Shown here in pieces: positions 1 through 10,014 of a DNA stretch of 64,000 bases. Source of the DNA: Roseibacillus sp. (GTDB taxonomy: Bacteria; Verrucomicrobiota; Verrucomicrobiia; Verrucomicrobiales; Akkermansiaceae). The notes beneath the pieces are model-generated. The model was not told where the DNA came from. It saw only the letters and a list, made by a program, of their open reading frames with translations, and ran no database searches. How positions within the stretch are numbered: position 1 is the stretch's first letter; each line of letters begins with the position of its first letter. Location of the stretch: positions 1 to 64,000 of the forward strand of contig JBPOGI010000005.1 in assembly GCA_051251855.1 (NCBI GenBank). Direction: 5' to 3'. A program made the translations under genes and the position numbers.

Positions 1-3000
1 GAGTATTCGGTTTTCTCGTCCTCCGAGTCCGATCCTGCCCAACCTTACCAAGAGTTCATCACTCGTGAGTATTCGGTCTATTCCGATTCGAATCCTCCTG
101 CGCCGGTGACGGGGTTGGTGGTGAGCACTTCGAACTCGAGCTTTGGTGCTGCCAATTTGAATTGGGCGAGCCATGCTACGGTTGAGGAGCCGAATGTGGT
201 GCGCTATCGCATCTATGCTGAGACGGCGACTTTCAGTGATGTTTCTTTGATGACTCCAGTGGCCTTTGTGTCGAAGGGGAGTTATCAAACTTCGGTCTCC
301 AGTCTCTTGGGGGATCAGAGTTATCACTTCGCGGTGGTGGCGGAGGATGTGGGAGGCGGCTTTGATCCAATGGTCACCCCTGTTGTGCAGCAGACTTCGG
401 TGGGGTCCTTGGGTCAGGTGGTTGGACTTTCGTCGTTCAGTGATTCAGGAGGTTTGACTTTTAGTTGGCAAGCTCCTGCGGGCGCTGAGGATTTTCTTTC
501 GCACTATGTGATTTACTTCAATAGCGAGCGGATTGGGACTTTGGACAAGGGGGCGACGAGCTGGACGGTGACCGGCCTGGATGCGGCGACGGGTTATGGC
601 TTCGAGATTGAGACGCGTGATTTCTTTGGAGGAGGCAATGGGCTGGCTCAGAATGCCGCCACGCTTTTAGGTCACCCAGAAGCGGTTTGGTTCGATCTGG
701 TGGGGGGAGATCTTACGCTGAACTGGGAGTCTGTCGAACCGAGTGCCCTTGTCTTGAGGTATGATGTCTTTCAGCAAGCGGGTTCGTTCGGAAATGTTTC
801 GACCCTCACTCCGGTGCAGAGTTTAGCAGGCACGAGCATCAATTTGGGACCGTATTCCAGTCTGATCGGGGAGCACTTTGCGGTGACGACGGTCAACGTT
901 TCTGGTGAAAGCAATGTACTGGTTTCTTCGGTGGAGGTACCCGTGGAATCGGCGCCGGTCATTCTGAGTCAAAGCCAATCGGTGGACTCTCTTTTCACGG
1001 GACAATCGGTCACTCTGGCGGTGGAGGCGAGCGCGTTTCCCTATCCAAGTTATCAATGGTATCGGGGGATTCGTCGAGGACCGAAGACATACCTCGTTGA
1101 TGTCAATTACGATGGGATTGAGAATGAAGTGAATCCGGTTTTCTCGGTGATTTCCAATGGAGCAGGAAATAATGGAGGAGCGGCTTGGGACCAGCAATCG
1201 GGGCTTTTGACGAAGGGAACGAATAGCAACTCAGTCTCTGGGTTGGTTGCAACCTCGTCTCTTGATATCGTGGGTTTGGGTAACGAGACCTTGGAGGCAA
1301 GGTTCGTTCTTGAGAGTTTGACGGGGCCGATCGCTTGGAACGGACTCTTCATTGGTTTCCAGAACGAGCAAGGGGGGCCGGGCACGGGAGGAAAGCTTTG
1401 GAACAATACGGGGCCAAGCTTTGGGCTGAATATTCATGGTGGTCGCATCGCTCCTGCAAGGACGGTGGTGATTTCCGGCAATCAGGATACGACCTCGTCC
1501 TTCGATAGTTATGTTCACGCCGTGCCGACATACGGAATCGCAGATGCGGCTTCCATCGGAGACGGGTTTGAAGTGACCATTCGAGTGAGCACGAGTGGCT
1601 GGGCCTTTGAAATCGCCGGTCTCTTGGATACTTCGTTGGCTCCCATTACAGGGAGTTCAGGCACTTGGGCGGAGGTTCCGTTTCAATTTTCGGATTTCAC
1701 CAGCAGTATGCGTTTGGCTTGCGAAGTGCAGGGTGCGGGTGGACAAATTCAAGTGGACCGAATCTCGGCAACCACCAACGTGGATAGCGATGGCGACGGG
1801 ATGGACGATGGTTGGGAGCTTACGTATGGATTGGACAAGAATGATCCGAGCGATGCGGCGCTTGATAACGATGCCAACGGTGGTCCCGATGGCTTGACCA
1901 ATTTGGATGAGTTCAAGTTTCTCATGGATCCAACGGATTCTGACAGCGATGATGATGGGGAGAATGATGGCGCGGAGGTGAGCCAGTTCTTGTTGTCAGG
2001 AGAAACGGGAACTTCACTGACTTTGGCTCAATTTTCTGGGAGCGGCACTTATTGGGCCGAGGCGACCAACGCGATGGGGACCGCGGAGAGCCTTGATTTT
2101 GCTCTTTCCGCAATCGATCCCCAAGTGGTGGTGGAAGAGCCGGTTTCGTTTCCCCTTGTGGTGGGAGAGAGCAGGGATTTTGGAGATTTGGATGCGGGGC
2201 TCGCTTCTGTGAGCAAGACGTTTACGGTGAAAAATCCGGGGGCGGGGGCACTTGTTCTTTCGAGTCTTTGGCTTGAAGACTCCAATGGGCCGGACTTCGT
2301 TTTGGATTCTGCAGGGATGGCTGGGAGTTTGGCACCAGGGGCGAGCACGAGCTTTGTGGTTACTTTTGCGCCGATGAATGAGGGGGGGCAGACTGCTTTG
2401 CTCACGCTGACAACCGATGATGGGGATGAGGAGCAGTTTGCGATCTCGTTGAGTGGTTCGGCGCGAGAGACTGACTTGGATAGCGCGGACTTGGCTTCGC
2501 TGCAGCTGAGCGATGGCACTTTGTCGCCTGTGTTTGGGCCTTTGTTGGAGAGTTACCAAGTCACGGTGTCGAATTCGGTAGCGAGTCTGACTTTGACTCC
2601 GACCGCGGTGGAGCCTCTGGCTGCCATCACGGTTGATGGAAGCGCGGTTGTTTCGGGTGAAGGGAGCGCGTCCTTACCTTTGGTTGTTGGAGTCAATGAC
2701 TTGTTCGTGGGGGTGACTTCGTATGATGGGTTGGCGACGAAGACCTATTCGGTGGAGGTGACTCGTTTGGATGTTCCTCAGGTTGCGACTGGGGTGAGTG
2801 GCTATGAGGTGAACGTTGACGACGATTTGGTCGTGGTGAAGGGGACGGTGATTCCCAATGGGACGGTGGAGGCTTTCTTTGAGTTTGGGACTGATGCCAA
2901 TTATGGTGAGCGCACGGCAGGACAATTTTTCACTGGTGCCAACGAGGTTGAAGTGAGTGCCGAGTTGGGTGGATTGTTGGCGACGGAGACTTATCACTAC

Positions 3001-6000
3001 CGCTTGGTGGTGATTGAGAGCGGGATCCCCGTCGAAGGAGCTGATAAGGAATTCATTAAGAGTCCGCTGCCGCCACAGGTCTTTACGGGAATTGCGAGTG
3101 GGGTGACTGCAAGTAGCGCAAATTTGATTGGGGCGGTGGATCCAGGCAGTTTTACGCTGCAGGTCTTTTTCCAGTATGGTCAGACGGACCAGTATGGAGC
3201 TGTGGTTGGTCCGGTTTTAATTCCTGCAGAGAGCGGCTTGGTGGATGTTTCGATTCCGGTGGAAGGTTTGCAGGATGATAGGACCTATCATTATCGCCTA
3301 GTGGGCAAGTTGGTGAGTGGAGCCTTCGGTGAGTTTCCATTCGTGGGCGAGAATCAGGACTTTGTGTTAGAGGATGCTTTGACTGGTTTGGGAGTGCCGT
3401 CTGCGACTCCTGAGGTGACGACGATGGGGAGTAGCGATGTGGAGACCACGTTGGCGACTTTGCTGGGGGAGGTGAATTCGAATGGGGGAACCACGGTGAC
3501 TCAGTTTGAGTATGGTGTGACTCCTGCCTTCGGCAAAAAGAGTGAGGTCAAAGGGGTGGGAAATGCCGCCGTCAATGCGGCGGTCGCGATTGTCTTAGAG
3601 GGATTGCAGCCCGGCACGACCTACCATTATCGGTTTACCGCCCGCAATAGTGAGGGCACTTCGCTGGGTCAAGTAGCTACCTTTCAAACTCGTTTCCAGC
3701 CTCCTGTGGCTACCACGGGTGAGGCGGTTGTTTTAGATAGATCTAGTGTTTCGATTGGTGGCACGGTGCGAGCCAGGGGGACGGTGAGTGGCGTTTTTGT
3801 TGACTATGGAACAGAGCCTGGAGCTCTCAATCAGAGTCAGGCTATGACCCCTGCGAGTGTGAATGGTTTTAGCATTTCCGATGTGACCACCGAATTGGGG
3901 AATCTGGTGCAAGGCGCGCAATATTACTATCGCGTTCGGGCCGTCAGTGAGGAGGCGGGAACGGGAGTGGGTGAGGTCTTGAGCTTCAATGTCGATGCTT
4001 TGTCTGGCCTTGAGCAAAGTTATGCGGATGCGATTTCGGGTTGGGATGCCGATGTAGTGGTGGATTGGGTGGCTCCGGGAGACGCCATCGCGGGAGCGGG
4101 ATGGCGCTTTCAAGGAGAGCACAGATGGCGTGACTTTGGAACTGCGGCGGCGGGTTTAGAAGCTGGTGAACGGATTGTGGAATATCGTCCTGTGCCTGGA
4201 GCGCAGAGACCTGCCAACGAGGTTCTCTTTATCCCATCGGGTGAAAGTGTGGCTCTGGCTCGTAGTTATGAAGCAGGTAGTGGTGGCACGGGGTCTTTGG
4301 TGGTCGATCTCAAGCCGGTCACTCTGGCTAGTGGTGGCTGGCGTCTCTATGGGGAGACTACTTGGCAGAGCTCAGGTTTTGAAATGATGAGTCTTGCAGA
4401 AGGCGATTATCTCATTGAAGCAGAACCTGTGGTGGGCTTTGAGACTCCGCAACCGGTGAATGTAAGGGTCAGAAATGGTGAGCAGTCGTTGGGGACGATG
4501 ACCTATTATGTCGCTACGGCTCCCGATCCGAGCAGTGTCGCTCCGTCTGAGTTAACGCTGGAAGAGACGAATGCGGTCGGGGAAGAACCCTATCCGTTTG
4601 TAGGGCAGCTTCGGTCCAATGCTGGTAAAGGATCGGGGTTTGTGGTCAGACCATGTGTGGTGGCTACCGCAGGGCATGTGGTCTTTGATGACGGAACTCT
4701 TTCGGCCTCCGAAAATTTGCAGTGGTTGGCTCAGCGTCATCGGGGGGAGCAAGAGCCGATTCCGCAGACTCCGCGTGGATTCTACCTCATGACCGGTTAT
4801 GCTTCGCAGCGGGTTCTTGAGATCGGAGAGGGGACTTCGGAGCCGGGCAACGCGACCCCTGATTCGCAAAACCTTGATGTGGCGGCTCTTTATTTTCAGC
4901 CTCGGAGCGATGATGAAGAGCAATTTCCTGGACGGGGTGGATATAGCGGATTTCTGGCCAGTGATTTGTTAGAGAATGAGTATTTGGTTCAGAATTCGGG
5001 AGAGGTTCGGTTGAAGACTCTGGTAGGTTACCCGCTGGATGGATTGGCTTTGGTGGATCAAGATCGGATGCATGCGACTCCAGCGGCTCCCGTTCTCTTT
5101 GAAAAGGTTCCTGGTTTTGAGCTCTACAAGACGATGGAGATTCGGAGTAGTGGCGGAAATTCGGGAGGTCCTCTCTGCGTCTATGAGGCGGGGGCCTACT
5201 ATCCGGCAGCGGTCTATATCGGAGGCACGGGTCAAGCGCTGGTGAGAGGGTTTGATAGTTCGGTGGTTCAGTTGATTGGCTTTGCGGAAGCGAGTTGTGC
5301 CGAGCCCTTTGTGGGTGGCGGGACTTTGGTGGTTGATTCGACCACGTCGTTTTCGAATCCGAGTGGAAAGGGCAGCTTGCTGGTGAATATCGAACCTGCC
5401 GAGGTTTTGGTTGAAGGAGCGGGGTGGCGAATCAACTCTCTCGAAGAGTATGAAGTCAGCGGTGCTCAACTGAACGGGATCACGGTTGACGATTATCTCA
5501 TCGAGTTTTCCAGTGTGCCAGGATTCGAGGTGCCAGCCTCACAACCCGTTACGATTGTTGAGGGTCAGCTATTGTCGGTGACCTTTACTTACGAGGATCT
5601 CATTGAACCTCCAGAAATCAATTCCTCCACTTTGGTGGAGATAGCGTTGGGTGAACTCAATGATCCTGCGAATGAGTTGTCGGGAGAAAAAGAGCTGTCG
5701 TATGCCATTACTGCGGTTGATCAGTCGGAGGTCGAGCGGCTTTCCTATTCGGGAGCTCTCCCTGAAGGGGTGGTCTTTGATGCGGGGTCAGGAGTCTTCT
5801 CGGGTGTTCCGTTAGAAGCGGGTGTTTTCAATATCACGGTGGCAGCTAATAATTCTGGCGGCGCGGATTCTCAGGGGGTCTCTTTTGTTGTTCGACCGAC
5901 TGTTGTTGAAAATCAGATTGGAACGCTGGCGAGGAATGAAGCGGGTAGTTATCAAGTTCTGACCAGCCAGCCAACGGACGACGAAGGATTGGTCTTTGCG

Positions 6001-9000
6001 ATGAGCGGCTTGCCGAGTGGTCTTTCCTTCGATTCGGCGAGTGGTCTCATTACTGGAATTTCCCCTCAGGCGGGCGAGTTTGAAGTGATTGTGACGGTTG
6101 CGAAGCGAGGCGCGATCTCGGATGCAGTTGCGATTCAGTTGAATCTGACAGCTCTCGACGAGCCTCCGGTCATTACCTTGAACCCTCAAGCGTTTGTTTC
6201 GGTGGAGTATGGGTTGGGCACGACTTTGGTGGCTGCTGCAACGGGAGCTCCCGTGATTCGCTATCAATGGTACGAAGGAGCGGAGTGTGATACGAACAAT
6301 CCGGTGGAAGGGGCCACTTCGCCGACGTTCGTTTCGCCCCCTTTGACAGTGGATACCAGTTTTTGGATGTTGGCTTATAGTATCAACGGGCTTGCTCATA
6401 GTCAGGTGACTACAATCACAGTGGTTCCTTCGCAGAATCCAACCTTGGCTGATTTGCAAGTGAGCGGAGGGATCTTGAGTCCTCTATTCAGTCCTCAACA
6501 GACCAATTATACTCTCCAAGTTGCGAACCCCGTTGATGAGATTTTGATTACTCCCACGTCGTTGATAGACCAAACGGCTATTTCTGTTGATGGTTTTTCA
6601 GTGGCGAGCGGGGTGGAGAGCAGTCCTATTACCCTGGCGGTCGGCGATACTTTGATTGATGTGGTGACGACTGCGGCAGACGGAACGATGCGGAGTCACA
6701 CCATCACAGTGACTCGGGTGCCGGCTCCTGTCCCGACCACTGGATTGGCAACGGCAGTGGATGATGTTTCCGCGATGTTGACGGGCACGGTCGACACGAG
6801 TGGGGGCGCGGCAGTCTTTTTTGAATACGGACCGGATTCCGGCTATGGCTTTACTACTGCACCTCAGTTTGTTGTCGGAGATGGAATCTTGCCGGTGCAG
6901 GCGCAAGTCAGCGGCCTGAGTGGAAATACCGACTACCACTTCCGTCTTTGCGTCGACAACGGGGGGACCTTCATTCATGGAGCAGATCAACTTTTTACCA
7001 CCACGCAACCGAGACCCCTCGTGGCGACAGGGAGTCCGGGAAGTTACTCCGAAGTCATTGGGACACCGAATACGATTAGCCTCTCGCTGGTGGGATCGGT
7101 CAATCCACTCGGGCCGGATGCCTATGCTTTCTTTGAATATCGTTTGTTAGATTCTGGTGGCAACCCATCGGCTTGGATCGATGCTCCTGCGACGCCGACG
7201 TTGGTAGGCAGTGGAGGGGGAATTCTGTCTTTCACGCAGGCCTTGACCGGATTGACCAAAGACGCGACCTACGAAGCGCGGATTATCGCACAGCGCCTTG
7301 ATGGCTCGGGCGTCTCAACGGGGGAAATCGTTTCCTTTGTGGCTGAGAACAATACGGGAGCAGGCACTGGAGAAGCGCAAAACTCCCCTGTGGTGGCCAC
7401 TGAGCCCGTGTCGGACTTGACCGCTACGGGAGCGACGTTGAATGCGTCAGTGGATCCCAATGGTGGTCTGACTGAAGTCTACTTTGAATATCGCCTCGCG
7501 GGCTCTGCATCTTTCTCTGAGTCGGCCCGGATCTCATTGGGCAATAGTGTGGGTTTGAAGCCAGTTGCTATCCCTGTAGAAAACCTCTCGGCAGGTCAGA
7601 GCTATGAGTATCGCGTCGTTGCCACCAATACCATTGGCTTGAGTCGAGACGATTCACCTACGGCGTGGCCTGTGAATTTTACCACGACGGACAACGAGCC
7701 AACGGTTGAGACTGGATTGGCGATCGCGCTCTCGTCGAGCAGTGCCACCTTCTTTGCAACGGCCAATGCGAATGGGGGGAGCGGAGTCGCTACTTCTTTC
7801 GACTATTGGGAGGATGTGCAGGGTTCGACGGTGGAAAGTGTGAGCGCGCAAGCGGTTTCGGGAGTGAGTCCAGAGACGATTCTTGCGACCGTTACGGGAT
7901 TCAGCGAGGGCGCGACCTACAAGTATCGAGCAAAGGCTGGCGATGTGTATGGCCAGGAGTTGGTGTTGCAGATCGACTCGCTTCTGGGATTGGACCAGCG
8001 GCCGCCACGTTTTGTTTCGGCAGGAGAGCATCAAGGTCAGCTTACGGTTAATCTCGAACCCTCGATTGGGGCTTGGCGGTTCTCTGGTGAACGAGAGTGG
8101 AGGGCCTCGGGGACGACAGCGATTGGTCTCACAACGGGCGAGCGACAGCTGGAATTCCGACCCGTTAGCGGATTTATCCAACCTCCCACGCAAGTGATTA
8201 GCGTATTGAGCGGTCAGCCTCCGGTCGTCTTAGACGCCCTCTATTATGAGTCTTCCTTCCCTGGTAGCTCGGAGCTGAGTGTTCACCTTAATTCTGTTGC
8301 GGGAGCTCAGTGGCGCCTCCTCGATGATGAGGATACGGTGTGGAGAAATTCGGGAGAGGTTATTCAGGGGCTGGAACCGGGAACGTATTTGATTGAGTCC
8401 AAGGAGGTGTTGGGATGGGTGGCTCCAAAGACTCGAGAAGTGACCCTCAGTGGTAGTGATTCTCAATCCGTTTCTCTTACTTATGTTCCCGAGGGCGTTG
8501 CGGGAACGGAGACTCCACTTGCGGTTTCTTTTGCAGATTCTCAAAATCCTGCGCTTCCCAATTCTTTTGTGGGTCAGATCGAAAGCGAAGCCGGCTGCTT
8601 CACTGGATTTGTGGTGAAGCCTCGGGTTGTGATGACTGCTGCCCAGTCTGTCTTTGATGAAGAGACTCTGAGTTACGTCGAGACTGTTCGCTGGTATCAT
8701 CAGCGAGAGAAGGAGGTCTATGAGCCGCATCCTCAGGAACCCCGGGGATTCTATGTTTTTGATGGTTACGCCAGTTTGAGGGAAACGGAGAACTCGCCAC
8801 AGATTCTATCGCTCGAATCTCAGAATCTCAATGTGGCTTCATTGTATTTCCAAGAGGATGCGGGGCGGGGCGGTTATAGTGGATTTCTCGCGAGTGATGA
8901 GAAGAACAGTGTTTACGATACTCCTCCTGACTTGAAGACTTTGGTGGGCTATCCCAATGAATCGGTATTGACGCAAGACCGGGGTAGGATGTTTGCTAGC

Positions 9001-9951
9001 TCACCTGCACCTGTTTCTTTGAATCAAGTCCAGAGTGCAGTCGCGGTTTATGAGACTTCCTCTCTCACCGGAGACACTGGGTATCTGGGAAGTCCACTTT
9101 GTGTGAAGCATGAAGATGGTCTCTTTTATCCAGCTGCAATCTTCGTTGCGAGCGGTGCACAAGGTCGTTTCCGTATCATTGATAGCGAGGTCGTGGAGCT
9201 CGTTGGTCGCGCATCAGTAAGTGGAAACGGTGGAGGGAATCAGGTGGGGGGAGGAATTACTCACACTAGTTTCTTATCACTGGGAGGGGGAAGCACGGGA
9301 GCTCTCAAGGTGACAATTTTACCCGAAGATATCGGCGCTAAGTGGAACCTGAAGCCGCATTCCGCAAATTCTATTTTCGCGCTTTCGTCGGGGAATACTC
9401 TTTCCTCGATTAAGGTTGGAAAACCCAAGCTGACCTTAAGTTCCGTTCCCGGTTTTTTGACTCCGCCGGCTGAAATTTCCGTTGAGGTGAGGGCCGGAGA
9501 GGTTACCGAGGTCGTATTTACCTACGAGGTCGTCTATGGCCCTCAAGAGCTTTGGAGAATCGACTTCTTTAATGCTCCCAGCAGTTTTGGACTTGGTGAA
9601 GATGATGAGGATCCTGATGGGGATGGGCTTACAAACGCTGAGGAGTACGCGCAGGGCACCAATCCGCTGCAGAACCTGAGTATTACGGCTTTCGAAAAGA
9701 CACCTACGCAATTTGAGGTGACCGTTAGAGACGGAGTTGATCTCGCGGGGAATCTGTTGTCGGGAAGAGGTGGCTCGACATACTTCCTTCAGCGTTTTGA
9801 TGAAGAAAATCTGGTGTGGGAGGATCTCTCGCCGAGCGTGGGGCCTTTGAGTGGGGATCAGTTTGTGAGCGATGTCTTGAACCTTTACGACACCTCTCCT
9901 CCTGTAGAGAAAGCGCTCTATCGAATCCGGGTTGAAAATTCTTCAAACTAG
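1..9951 (+). CDS. Giant modular surface/secreted protein (FN3, Ig-like, cadherin-like beta-sandwich, He_PIG-like and DxDxDG repeats; two trypsin-like domains); 5'-truncated by the window edge
   Basis: Frame 1 is open from base 1 (EYSVFSSSESD...) to TAG 9949-9951. FN3-like 'L.P.T.YHYR' repeats; 'LASLQLSDGTLSPVF' cadherin-like modules; TAGH...DVA...GNSGGP protease motif. Confidence 0.9.
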   Translation, partial: EYSVFSSSESDPAQPYQEFITREYSVYSDSNPPAPVTGLVVSTSNSSFGAANLNWASHATVEEPNVVRYRIYAETATFSDVSLMTPVAFVSKGSYQTSVSSLLGDQSYHFAVVAEDVGGGFDPMVTPVVQQTSVGSLGQVVGLSSFSDSGGLTFSWQAPAGAEDFLSHYVIYFNSERIGTLDKGATSWTVTGLDAATGYGFEIETRDFFGGGNGLAQNAATLLGHPEAVWFDLVGGDLTLNWESVEPSALVLRYDVFQQAGSFGNVSTLTPVQSLAGTSINLGPYSSLIGEHFAVTTVNVSGESNVLVSSVEVPVESAPVILSQSQSVDSLFTGQSVTLAVEASAFPYPSYQWYRGIRRGPKTYLVDVNYDGIENEVNPVFSVISNGAGNNGGAAWDQQSGLLTKGTNSNSVSGLVATSSLDIVGLGNETLEARFVLESLTGPIAWNGLFIGFQNEQGGPGTGGKLWNNTGPSFGLNIHGGRIAPARTVVISGNQDTTSSFDSYVHAVPTYGIADAASIGDGFEVTIRVSTSGWAFEIAGLLDTSLAPITGSSGTWAEVPFQFSDFTSSMRLACEVQGAGGQIQVDRISATTNVDSDGDGMDDGWELTYGLDKNDPSDAALDNDANGGPDGLTNLDEFKFLMDPTDSDSDDDGENDGAEVSQFLLSGETGTSLTLAQFSGSGTYWAEATNAMGTAESLDFALSAIDPQVVVEEPVSFPLVVGESRDFGDLDAGLASVSKTFTVKNPGAGALVLSSLWLEDSNGPDFVLDSAGMAGSLAPGASTSFVVTFAPMNEGGQTALLTLTTDDGDEEQFAISLSGSARETDLDSADLASLQLSDGTLSPVFGPLLESYQVTVSNSVASLTLTPTAVEPLAAITVDGSAVVSGEGSASLPLVVGVNDLFVGVTSYDGLATKTYSVEVTRLDVPQVATGVSGYEVNVDDDLVVVKGTVIPNGTVEAFFEFGTDANYGERTAGQFFTGANEVEVSAELGGLLATETYHYRLVVIESGIPVEGADKEFIKSPLPPQVFTGIASGVTASSANLIGAVDPGSFTLQVFFQYGQTDQYGAVVGPVLIPAESGLVDVSIPVEGLQDDRTYHYRLVGKLVSGAFGEFPFVGENQDFVLEDALTGLGVPSATPEVTTMGSSDVETTLATLLGEVNSNGGTTVTQFEYGVTPAFGKKSEVKGVGNAAVNAAVAIVLEGLQPGTTYHYRFTARNSEGTSLGQVATFQTRFQPPVATTGEAVVLDRSSVSIGGTVRARGTVSGVFVDYGTEPGALNQSQAMTPASVNGFSISDVTTELGNLVQGAQYYYRVRAVSEEAGTGVGEVLSFNVDALSGLEQSYADAISGWDADVVVDWVAPGDAIAGAGWRFQGEHRWRDFGTAAAGLEAGERIVEYRPVPGAQRPANEVLFIPSGESVALARSYEAGSGGTGSLVVDLKPVTLASGGWRLYGETTWQSSGFEMMSLAEGDYLIEAEPVVGFETPQPVNVRVRNGEQSLGTMTYYVATAPDPSSVAPSELTLEETNAVGEEPYPFVGQLRSNAGKGSGFVVRPCVVATAGHVVFDDGTLSASENLQWLAQRHRGEQEPIPQTPRGFYLMTGYASQRVLEIGEGTSEPGNATPDSQNLDVAALYFQPRSDDEEQFPGRGGYSGFLASDLLENEYLVQNSGEVRLKTLVGYPLDGLALVDQDRMHATPAAPVLFEKVPGFELYKTMEIRSSGGNSGGPLCVYEAGAYYPAAVYIGGTGQALVRGFDSSVVQLIGFAEASCAEPFVGGGTLVVDSTTSFSNPSGKGSLLVNIEPAEVLVEGAGWRINSLEEYEVSGAQLNGITVDDYLIEFSSVPGFEVPASQPVTIVEGQLLSVTFTYEDLIEPPEINSSTLVEIALGELNDPANELSGEKELSYAITAVDQSEVERLSYSGALPEGVVFDAGSGVFSGVPLEAGVFNITVAANNSGGADSQGVSFVVRPTVVENQIGTLARNEAGSYQVLTSQPTDDEGLVFAMSGLPSGLSFDSASGLITGISPQAGEFEVIVTVAKRGAISDAVAIQLNLTALDEPPVITLNPQAFVSVEYGLGTTLVAAATGAPVIRYQWYEGAECDTNNPVEGATSPTFVSPPLTVDTSFWMLAYSINGLAHSQVTTITVVPSQNPTLADLQVSGGILSPLFSPQQTNYTLQVANPVDEILITPTSLIDQTAISVDGFSVASGVESSPITLAVGDTLIDVVTTAADGTMRSHTITVTRVPAPVPTTGLATAVDDVSAMLTGTVDTSGGAAVFFEYGPDSGYGFTTAPQFVVGDGILPVQAQVSGLSGNTDYHFRLCVDNGGTFIHGADQLFTTTQPRPLVATGSPGSYSEVIGTPNTISLSLVGSVNPLGPDAYAFFEYRLLDSGGNPSAWIDAPATPTLVGSGGGILSFTQALTGLTKDATYEARIIAQRLDGSGVSTGEIVSFVAENNTGAGTGEAQNSPVVATEPVSDLTATGATLNASVDPNGGLTEVYFEYRLAGSASFSESARISLGNSVGLKPVAIPVENLSAGQSYEYRVVATNTIGLSRDDSPTAWPVNFTTTDNEPTVETGLAIALSSSSATFFATANANGGSGVATSFDYWEDVQGSTVESVSAQAVSGVSPETILATVTGFSEGATYKYRAKAGDVYGQELVLQIDSLLGLDQRPPRFVSAGEHQGQLTVNLEPSIGAWRFSGEREWRASGTTAIGLTTGERQLEFRPVSGFIQPPTQVISVLSGQPPVVLDALYYESSFPGSSELSVHLNSVAGAQWRLLDDEDTVWRNSGEVIQGLEPGTYLIESKEVLGWVAPKTREVTLSGSDSQSVSLTYVPEGVAGTETPLAVSFADSQNPALPNSFVGQIESEAGCFTGFVVKPRVVMTAAQSVFDEETLSYVETVRWYHQREKEVYEPHPQEPRGFYVFDGYASLRETENSPQILSLESQNLNVASLYFQEDAGRGGYSGFLASDEKNSVYDTPPDLKTLVGYPNESVLTQDRGRMFASSPAPVSLNQVQSAVAVYETSSLTGDTGYLGSPLCVKHEDGLFYPAAIFVASGAQGRFRIIDSEVVELVGRASVSGNGGGNQVGGGITHTSFLSLGGGSTGALKVTILPEDIGAKWNLKPHSANSIFALSSGNTLSSIKVGKPKLTLSSVPGFLTPPAEISVEVRAGEVTEVVFTYEVVYGPQELWRIDFFNAPSSFGLGEDDEDPDGDGLTNAEEYAQGTNPLQNLSITAFEKTPTQFEVTVRDGVDLAGNLLSGRGGSTYFLQRFDEENLVWEDLSPSVGPLSGDQFVSDVLNLYDTSPPVEKALYRIRVENSSN

Positions 9952-10014
9952 ATCCGCTATTGAAACTTTATTGCCGCAAGGTTCAAAAACATCCATCATC
10001 AGCAAAGACACACC

